Shown here piece by piece: positions 20,983 through 27,839 of a stretch of DNA of 64,000 nucleotides (positions are counted from its first letter, which is position 1; every line of letters starts with the position of its first letter). Made by a program: the position numbers and the translations under genes. The notes beneath the pieces are model-generated. The model did not search any database, had not been told where the DNA came from, and saw nothing but the letters and a program-made list of their open reading frames with translations. Origin of the DNA: Pirellulales bacterium (GTDB lineage Bacteria > Planctomycetota > Planctomycetia > Pirellulales > PALSA-1355); the NCBI GenBank assembly GCA_041741015.1, contig JBGSKX010000006.1, forward strand, positions 2,495-66,494. The letters are read 5' to 3'.

Positions 20983-21245
20983 GGCTGCGCATGAATCCCT
21001 GAGAGGCCAGGTCCAACGTCACAGAGTTGACCACGTCCGGGGCGCATCAATAGATCGTGAAGACAGCGTCATCGTCGCTGCGTGCGACCGCGCTGTCGTC
21101 ACCGAACAATTCCACCGTGCAGCGAATGACACGTCCGTGCGATGAGAATTTCACAAAATGCAAGACATCAGTCGGTTGCATTACCATAGCTTCTTCACCC
21201 GAGCTCACCTTACGACTCGCATCGCTTGCCGCCAATCAATTCCCT

Positions 21246-21848
21246 CTACCGCGCTCGCTTGGCCATCATCTCGTCGAGTTCGTCGACAAAGTCCTGCACG
21301 TCTTTGAACTCGCGGTAGACGCTGGCGAAGCGGACGAAGGCCACCTGGTCCAGCTTCCGCAGATGCTGCATCACCAGCTCGCCGAGCATCGTGCTGGGAA
21401 CCTCGGGCTCGCCGCGGGCGTAGACTTCGCTCTCGATGGCTACCACGATCGCTTCGATCTGCTCGTCGCTCACGGGGCGTTTCCAACAGGCCTTTTCCAG
21501 GCCTTGGCGGATCTTCTGGCGATCGAACGGAGATCGGGTGCCGTCTTTCTTGACGACTTTGAGCTGCCGCTGTTCGCTTCGCTCGCAGGTCGTGTACTGC
21601 CGGCGGCAAGCCAGGCACTCGCGCTGGCGGCGGACGGCGAAGCCTCCTTCTGAGATCTCGGTTTCCAGCACGCGATTCGCATCGTCGTGGCAGAAGGGGC
21701 AGCGGATCGCGTCGTCGAAGCGTTCGTAAGTGTTATAGCGGGTCTGGCAGCCCAGGCACTCGCGGCGGCGCCGAATCGCGAAGCCGTCGTGGCTGGCGCG
21801 TGAGTCGATCACCTTATCGTTGTCGATGCCGCAGTTGGGACATTTCAT
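21246..21848 (-). CDS. nrdR: Transcriptional repressor NrdR with a tandemly duplicated N-terminal zinc ribbon
   Basis: From the ATG at 21848, the first module is MKCPNCG..KVIDSR..IRRRRECLGCQTRYNTYE. A second module follows: IRCPFCH..RVLETE..VRRQRECLACRRQYTTCE. After it comes the ATP-cone (VVKKDGTRSPFDRQKI ... VAFVRFASVYREF). The track ORF start at 21956 is probably an over-extension. Confidence 0.85.
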   Translation of the reverse strand: MKCPNCGIDNDKVIDSRASHDGFAIRRRRECLGCQTRYNTYERFDDAIRCPFCHDDANRVLETEISEGGFAVRRQRECLACRRQYTTCERSEQRQLKVVKKDGTRSPFDRQKIRQGLEKACWKRPVSDEQIEAIVVAIESEVYARGEPEVPSTMLGELVMQHLRKLDQVAFVRFASVYREFKDVQDFVDELDEMMAKRAR

Positions 21849-22092
21849 GCGCGTCGCGCTCAATCGCACGGGATTGTACCGGTAGCTCTCATGATAACAG
21901 GAACCCGGGCGGCAACCAGCATGGGAGATTGCCGGTTTAGCGTCCAGCACCCGCAAAGAATTGGTCGCGGCCGACGAATGACCTGCAGCCGACTGAGCCG
22001 TCTGGTACGCCGCGGCAGGGCAGCGCTATAATGGCCCACGCGGCAAGCCCACGGGCAGCTGTCCACCAATCATTTGCGGAGAACACTCTGGC

Positions 22093-22770
22093 ATGAAATG
22101 CCCCATTTGTACGAAGGACACGGCCGCGGGATCGGCCTTTTGCCAGCACTGCGGCGCGAAGCTGCCCGACGGCGTCGAGACGGCCACCAGCAGCCCTTCG
22201 ACGAAACCACAGCCCGTGATGAGCGAGCCGGTCGCGAGCGGCCGATCGGGACGCGTGACCGACGTGCCTGAGGAAACGATCTGGGAAGGAACTTATTCGC
22301 CCAAGGCGATGCTGGGGGCGTTCGTCCTGTGTGGAATTCTGAGCGTGCTGCTGGTGGTGGGCGGGGTGATTTTTTTATCGACCGTGCCGCTGCTTGGCGC
22401 GGTGCTCTTGGGGGCGATTGCTGTGGTCTGGCTGGCGGCACTGGCGAAACTGGCGGTCAATCGGCTGGGACGCAGCTACAAGCTTACCAACCAGATGTTC
22501 TATCATCGCGAAGGTGTTCTGACGCGGACCACCGATCGCATCGAGCTGATCGAGATTCACGACGTGGCCTGGACGCAGGGACTCGTCGAACGGGCCGTGG
22601 GCGTGGGTACGATCACGATCACCTCGGCCGACCGCACGCACGGCAAGCTTGAGCTAAAAGGCATCGAGAACGCCGAAGATGTGGCGGGGAAGATCGATAA
22701 GGCACGTCGGGCCGAGCAGGTTCGCCGCGGCCGGCGCATCGATTTCAGCAGCATTGATCATCAGACTTGA
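22093..22770 (+). CDS. Zinc-ribbon / two-TM / bacterial PH (YdbT/DUF304-like) domain membrane protein
   Basis: N-terminal MKCPICTK...CQHCG, two hydrophobic spans, then YKLTNQMFYHREGVLTRTTDRIELIEIHDV..TITITS, which is typical of membrane-flanked bPH domains. Confidence 0.65.
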   Translation: MKCPICTKDTAAGSAFCQHCGAKLPDGVETATSSPSTKPQPVMSEPVASGRSGRVTDVPEETIWEGTYSPKAMLGAFVLCGILSVLLVVGGVIFLSTVPLLGAVLLGAIAVVWLAALAKLAVNRLGRSYKLTNQMFYHREGVLTRTTDRIELIEIHDVAWTQGLVERAVGVGTITITSADRTHGKLELKGIENAEDVAGKIDKARRAEQVRRGRRIDFSSIDHQT

Positions 22771-22856
22771 AACGCTGCACGCGACGAATGGTACGCAGCG
22801 TAAGTGAGTCAAGCCAGAAGAACTCCTCGTTGCGGTGACGCAAACAGCGCGAGCGA

Positions 22857-24389
22857 TTATTCTTCCTCGTGATGGCCGTTTGTGGCGGCTGGCTCGGGGG
22901 CGCTGTCCGGGCCTTCGCTCCAATCACGCCGCTGGCGGCTGCTGGGAATGTTCATAGCCTTGCGATATTTGGTCACCGTGCGGCGGGCGACCGTAAGGCC
23001 GTGCTTGCCAAGCTCGCGAACGAGTTCGTCATCACTGAGCGGGTGCTGCTTGTTCTCGTTGTCGATGATTTCCTGCAGCTTCAGGCGGACCGTATCCCAG
23101 GCGACTTCTTCGCCATCGGCGCTCACGGTGCCCCCGCAGAAAAACCGCTTCAACGGAAAGATGCCGCGCGGGGTTTGAATCCACTTGTCGTCGACTGCCC
23201 GGCTGACCGTGGTGACATGCACGCCAACTTTGTCGGCGATCTGCTGCATTTTCAAGGGCTCGATCGACTCGGGGCCCTTGTTCAGGAACTCGGTCTGGTG
23301 ATCGACGATCGCCTGGGCCACGCGAGTCAGCGTGTTACGACGCTGCTCGATCGATTCGATGAGCCACTGGGCGGAGTTGATCTTCCGCTTGATATATTCG
23401 CGAGTCTCGGCGTTGGTCTTCTCACTCATCAGAATGTTGCGGTACGTCGGACTGATGTACAGCTTGGGCGTGCGGCCATCCTCGAGCCGAACGCGGTACT
23501 TGCCGTCGTCACCAAGCTCGACAAATACGTCTGGAATCACGTTCGGCACAAAGACTTCGCCGAAGCTCGCACCCGGTTTGGGATTGAGCTTTCGCAACTC
23601 TTCGCGCGTTTCCTGGATGAGCGCGATCGAATAACCGGTCTTGCGTTCGATGGCCGGCAGTCGATTGTGTTCAAGGTCTTCCAGGTGGCTGGAGATGATC
23701 GTCTTGAGTTGTTCGTAGTGCGGCATGCCCGGCGTGAGCTGCAGGAGCAGACACTCGCGCAGATCGCGAGCGGCGACTCCCGGCGGGTCGAGCTTCTGCA
23801 CGATCACCAGCGCACGCTGGGCCAGGACCAACTGCTCGGGTGGAGAATTCGGATCGATCAGATCTTCGAGCCGCGACTGCAGGTAGCCATTCGCATCGAG
23901 GTTGTAGATGATGCGGTCGCACATCGCCCGGAGTTCGGGGGCGAGGTTGAACCAGCCGAGTTGATCGTGCAGGTAGTCTTGCAGCGACTGGGGCCGGGCG
24001 ACCATGTTGGCCATCGCGTCGTGCTTGCGGTCGCCTTCTTCTTCGATCCGCGTGCTGGACGGGCGGGTACGTTCCTCGAACTGGTCGGGGAACTCCTCGT
24101 CCATGTTCAGCAGGCGTTCGAAGTCGTCCTCGTTGTTCTTGCTTTCATCGACGACCAACTCGCGCTCTTCCTCGCTCGGCGCGTCGGGGTTTTCGACGTC
24201 GACGGGCTCCTCCGGAAGATCCGAGTCCTCCTCGGTGAGTTCCAGCGCAGGGTTTTCCTGAATCTCCTGCTCGATCCGCTCCTGCAACGCCATGATGGGC
24301 AATTGCAGGATTTCCATCGACTGGATCATCCGCGGTGCAAGCACCTGCTTCTGAACCAATCGCAATTCCTGGCCAAATGAAAGTCGCAT
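22857..24389 (-). CDS. rpoN: RNA polymerase sigma-54 factor RpoN
   Basis: N-terminal Gln/Leu-rich region I (LRLVQKQVLAPRMIQSMEILQLP), an acidic region II, and the C-terminal RpoN box ARRTVTKYRKAMNIPSSRQRR. Confidence 0.93.
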   Translation of the reverse strand: MRLSFGQELRLVQKQVLAPRMIQSMEILQLPIMALQERIEQEIQENPALELTEEDSDLPEEPVDVENPDAPSEEERELVVDESKNNEDDFERLLNMDEEFPDQFEERTRPSSTRIEEEGDRKHDAMANMVARPQSLQDYLHDQLGWFNLAPELRAMCDRIIYNLDANGYLQSRLEDLIDPNSPPEQLVLAQRALVIVQKLDPPGVAARDLRECLLLQLTPGMPHYEQLKTIISSHLEDLEHNRLPAIERKTGYSIALIQETREELRKLNPKPGASFGEVFVPNVIPDVFVELGDDGKYRVRLEDGRTPKLYISPTYRNILMSEKTNAETREYIKRKINSAQWLIESIEQRRNTLTRVAQAIVDHQTEFLNKGPESIEPLKMQQIADKVGVHVTTVSRAVDDKWIQTPRGIFPLKRFFCGGTVSADGEEVAWDTVRLKLQEIIDNENKQHPLSDDELVRELGKHGLTVARRTVTKYRKAMNIPSSRQRRDWSEGPDSAPEPAATNGHHEEE

Positions 24390-24504
24390 GAAAGTTCAAC
24401 TTGTTCCGTCGTGTACCTGGTCGTTCGCGCTAGTCACGCGACGACGCTCGCTGGCGCAGCTCTTGCTGTTGTGTTCGTCTGATCGGGCCAGGTTTATTTT
24501 TCCG

Positions 24505-25098
24505 TTAGAACTTCTGCCGACCTGCCAGGGCGTCGGCCAGAATCTCTTTGTTAGCAAATTCTAGCACGCTGCCGCTGGTGATGCCCCGGGCCAGCCGGGT
24601 GATCTCCACAGGCAAACCGGCCAATAAGTTCGAGATATACAGTGCCGTTCCGTCTCCTTCGAGGGTCGGATTCGTGGCCATGATCACTTCGCGGAACGTG
24701 CCCCCCCGGACCCGCTCGACTAGCGCCTCGATGGTCAAATTCTCCGGACCGACGCCATCCAGCGGTGCGATCCTACCGAGCAGTACGTGATATAGTCCGC
24801 GATAAGTGCCCGGCTGTTCGAGGGCCAGTAGATCTCGCGGCTGCTCGACGATGCAGAGTTGGCTGCGGTCCCGCCTCGCGTCGCGGCAGATCTCACACTC
24901 GTCCTGCTCCGTGAGATTATAGCAAGTTCGGCAGTACCGAACGTTTTCTTTCACATGACGGATGGCGTCGGCCAAGGCCAATGCTTCCGATTGGTGAACC
25001 CTGAGAATATGGTAGGCCAGCCGCTCGGCCGACTTTTTGCCGATGCCCGGCAGCTTGGCGAACTCCTCCACCAGCCTGGTTACCGATTCACTGATCAA
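24505..25098 (-). CDS. recR: Recombination protein RecR
   Basis: [15 protein letters not shown] (HhH), the zinc finger [16 protein letters not shown], and a Toprim-like C-terminal part. Confidence 0.93.
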   Translation of the reverse strand: MISESVTRLVEEFAKLPGIGKKSAERLAYHILRVHQSEALALADAIRHVKENVRYCRTCYNLTEQDECEICRDARRDRSQLCIVEQPRDLLALEQPGTYRGLYHVLLGRIAPLDGVGPENLTIEALVERVRGGTFREVIMATNPTLEGDGTALYISNLLAGLPVEITRLARGITSGSVLEFANKEILADALAGRQKF

Positions 25099-25185
25099 GC
25101 GGCAATTGTCCTAAAAATGGTGGTAGGCGTCGGGAAACTGTGAGGTAGATCGCGGGGGACGCTTGGCGGAATCGCCGAGCTGGCT

Positions 25186-25563
25186 TCAGCCCTGAGTTCC
25201 GGAACTACCCCCCGAAAGTTGTGACAGCATGTCATTCATGCCCGGCATATCCAGTCCGGCGGTGAGCGACTTCATGGCCTCGGCGTGCAGTTCGCGGCTC
25301 TTGGCCAGTGCCTGATTCATCGCTGCAGGCACCAGGTCTTCGATCAACTCGCGGTCGCCGCCGGTGATCAGCGAAGGATCGATACGGCAAGAGAGAATCT
25401 CGCCGGCGCCGTTGGCTTCGACGGTTACCAGTCCGCCGCCAGCAGTGCCTTCGACGCGCTTGGATTTGAGCTCGTCGGCGATTTGCGTCAGCCGGCCGCC
25501 CATTTGTTGAGCCTGTTTGAGGATGCTACCGAGGTTGGCGAGTTTCCCGAGTCCTTCGAACAT
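25186..25563 (-). CDS. ybaB: Nucleoid-associated protein YbaB/EbfC
   Basis: From the ATG at 25563: MFEGLGKLANLGSILKQAQQMGGRL ... GGGLVTVEANGAGEILSCRIDPSL. It sits in the dnaX-ybaB-recR order. The track start at 25638 would overlap dnaX. Confidence 0.88.
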   Translation of the reverse strand: MFEGLGKLANLGSILKQAQQMGGRLTQIADELKSKRVEGTAGGGLVTVEANGAGEILSCRIDPSLITGGDRELIEDLVPAAMNQALAKSRELHAEAMKSLTAGLDMPGMNDMLSQLSGGSSGTQG

Positions 25564-25594
25564 GTCAAGTCTCACAAAGTGGTTTCGACGATGT

Positions 25595-27358
25595 TCAGTT
25601 CGCGGCTTCGGGATCTTCGACACGCACGATTTGAGCATCGAATAATTCAGTCGCTCGGCGAACCATGGCGTGCTCTTTCAGTTCGGCCACGCGTTGCCTT
25701 TGCGGAGCCGCGCGGCGTACCTGGGCCGCAGCCTGATGGGGTTCGTCCGCAATCGTAGCAAACTCAAGCTTTACACGGCCGCCCGCGACGCTTGAAAGTG
25801 CCTGTTCAATCTCGGCTACCTGCCGCTCGCAGAACGCTCTGCAGGCAGTATACTTCGCGCGAAATGTAGCGACCAGCCGATTGCCGCCAGGCGCGCTTGC
25901 GCTTTCACAGAAGTCTGCGTTCTGATGCAACAGCCCTTCGAGGCTGGCGAGCGCGGCATCCCAGATGCGTTTAGCATTCCCACTCGTCACTTCGGCCGGC
26001 GGTAGCGATGCGGAGGTTAATGATTGCGGCGTCGCTGGCTCGCTGTCCGCTGACTCTGATTGGGGTGAGACTGGCTCATGTTTTTTTTTTGCTGCCAGAT
26101 CGGACACCGCGGGGACATTGCTAGGAGTAGCGCTCGGCCTGATCGGCCCAGTTGATACAGGCAGGCCGCCGGTTTGCAGTCCCTGGATCAACTCCGAAAG
26201 GTCGTCGAGGTTCTCAAGACTCGCGATCCGCACCAGGGCCATTTCGACCAGGGTGCGCGACTGCGTACTGTAGCGCATCCGCGAGAGGGTGTGATCGATG
26301 ATCTGCATGATCGCCAAGACGGATTCCAGTCCGGCGCCTCTCCCCGCTTCCGCAAGGTACGCGTGTTGTGCAGGAGCGGTATGCAGCAGTGCCTCGGCCG
26401 GGCAGCCGACGGCAGAGACCATAACGTCGCGAAAGTAGCCCAGGAGTTGTTCAAGCAGTTGGCCGACGTCAACGCCTTCACTGGCGGCGGAATCCAGATC
26501 GGCGATGGCCGCCGCGGCATCCCGCCCGAGCAGGTGATCGACCAGCGTGGTCAAGCGAGCTTCACCAGCCGTGCCCAAGAGCGCATGGACGTCGGCCGCC
26601 GTGATTCGCGCCCCACCGATCGCCAGAATCTGCTCCAAGAGCGACTGGCTGTCGCGCATCGAACCGGCCGCCCGGCGGGCCAGAATGGTAAGTGCCTCGG
26701 GCTCCGCCTCAACACGCTCGGCCGAGACGATCTGCGAGAGTCGCTCGACGATCGAGGCGATGTGAATCCCCGCGAAGTCGAACCGCTGGCAGCGCGAGAG
26801 GATCGTGATCGGAATCTTCGATGCTTCGGTCGTGCAGAAGATGAATTTCACATGCTCAGGCGGTTCCTCGAGCGTCTTGAGCAAGGCGTTGAAAGCCTCA
26901 CGCGTGAGCATGTGGACTTCGTCGATAATGTAAATCTTGAACCGTGCCCGGCTCGGCCGGACATTCACGTTCTGGCGGAGCGAGCGAATTTCGTCAATGC
27001 CGCGGTTGCTGGCACCGTCAATCTCGATGACGTCGACGTCGGCGCCGGCCGTGATGTCACGGCAGATCTCGCACTCGTTGCAAGGTGTGGCCGTGGGGCC
27101 GTGAACGCAATTCAGCGACTTGGCGAGAATCCGGGCGGACGAGGTTTTACCAACACCACGAGCACCGGTGAACAGGTAGGCGTGACCGACTCGACCGGCG
27201 GCGATGGCGCCTGTCAGCGCTCGGGCGACGTGATCTTGCCCGATTAGCTCGTCAAACGACTGGGGCCGATAGCGGCGGGCAACGACCACGTACTCGCCGG
27301 AACGGGGAGCGTCACCGGCTGAGTTATCGATCGGAGGTTTTCCAGCCGGAGCGGCCAT
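25595..27358 (-). CDS. dnaX: DNA polymerase III subunits tau/gamma (DnaX)
   Basis: YRPQSFDELIGQDHV, GARGVGKTS (Walker A), the zinc module CNECEICRDI, IIDEVHML and TRCQRF. Start chosen at the ATG at 27358 (MAAPAGKPP...). The track extension to 27511 runs into the SRP RNA. Confidence 0.9.
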   Translation of the reverse strand: MAAPAGKPPIDNSAGDAPRSGEYVVVARRYRPQSFDELIGQDHVARALTGAIAAGRVGHAYLFTGARGVGKTSSARILAKSLNCVHGPTATPCNECEICRDITAGADVDVIEIDGASNRGIDEIRSLRQNVNVRPSRARFKIYIIDEVHMLTREAFNALLKTLEEPPEHVKFIFCTTEASKIPITILSRCQRFDFAGIHIASIVERLSQIVSAERVEAEPEALTILARRAAGSMRDSQSLLEQILAIGGARITAADVHALLGTAGEARLTTLVDHLLGRDAAAAIADLDSAASEGVDVGQLLEQLLGYFRDVMVSAVGCPAEALLHTAPAQHAYLAEAGRGAGLESVLAIMQIIDHTLSRMRYSTQSRTLVEMALVRIASLENLDDLSELIQGLQTGGLPVSTGPIRPSATPSNVPAVSDLAAKKKHEPVSPQSESADSEPATPQSLTSASLPPAEVTSGNAKRIWDAALASLEGLLHQNADFCESASAPGGNRLVATFRAKYTACRAFCERQVAEIEQALSSVAGGRVKLEFATIADEPHQAAAQVRRAAPQRQRVAELKEHAMVRRATELFDAQIVRVEDPEAAN

Positions 27359-27411
27359 CGCAACTCGAGAGGGGGCATCATGCACAAAGCAGCGTGGGGC
27401 AGAATAGACCA

Positions 27412-27552
27412 AGGCCCGCGGTAGCGACCTCGGATGAGAGACCCATCGCACAAAGAGATGACTGCTTATGGCTGCTGACTTTCGTCCCTGACCAGGTTCG
27501 CAGGTCCCCATTGCGAGGGCCTCTCATCGGAGGCCGCCAGGCCGCGAGGAGG
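27412..27552 (-). ncRNA. ffs: Signal recognition particle RNA (small bacterial 4.5S type); ends approximate
   Basis: The minus strand reads CCUGGUCAGGGACGAAAGUCAGCAGCCAUAAGCAG. This matches the remembered E. coli 4.5S domain IV, CCAGGUCAGGUCCGGAAGGAAGCAGCCAAGGCAG, with a GNRA tetraloop and the AGCAGCC loop. The flanks pair into one long hairpin (CCUCCGAUGAGAG with CUCUCAUCCGAGG, CGCA with UGCG, CUGC with GCAG). It lies directly upstream of dnaX on the same strand, as in the Bacillus scr-dnaX-yaaK-recR arrangement. Confidence 0.78.
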
Positions 27553-27839
27553 TGCGTACCAATTCTTACGCACGAAGGTCGCCCCGTCAAAGGGGCAGCG
27601 GAAGTGCCGCGAAATGGATTCGCGCGCCGTCAATTGTGCGACAACTGATCGCATGCGAATCACGCATCGGATCGCAACGAAGCCGCAACGATCATACGGC
27701 CGCCACCAATTCTCTTGCGAGATTCACGATTTGCGGAAATCGCCGCGAGTAACGCGGGATTTTGTAACCTTTTGGTTCGGGTGATGCGTAGAATGATTTC
27801 GGCGACAGGCGCGGGCAAACTGATGGTGGGGCGTGTAAA

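Noticed and set aside
21047-21178. Small minus-strand ORF (MQPTDVLHFVKFSSHGRVIRCTVELFGDDSAVARSDDDAVFTIY) between nrdR and the phosphoesterase gene
   Set aside because: Third-codon positions are not GC-biased like those of neighbouring genes. There is no Shine-Dalgarno-like sequence and no family resemblance. It is possibly real but unsupported.
22869-24380. 503 aa plus-strand ORF covering almost all of rpoN on the opposite strand
   Set aside because: The translation is Arg/Leu/Val/Asp-rich with no motifs. The minus-strand product has unmistakable sigma-54 regions and an RpoN box. This is a typical antisense shadow ORF of a GC-rich genome.
26174-27247. 357 aa plus-strand ORF antisense to dnaX. 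Similar long antisense or off-frame ORFs occur at 4248-5303, 7143-8171, 13934-14806, 27923-28972, 38277-39407, 43817-44617 and 56035-56901.
   Set aside because: Each overlaps a gene with strong family motifs on the other strand or in another frame. Their compositions are Arg/Pro/Gly-biased, as expected for out-of-frame reading of GC-rich coding DNA.
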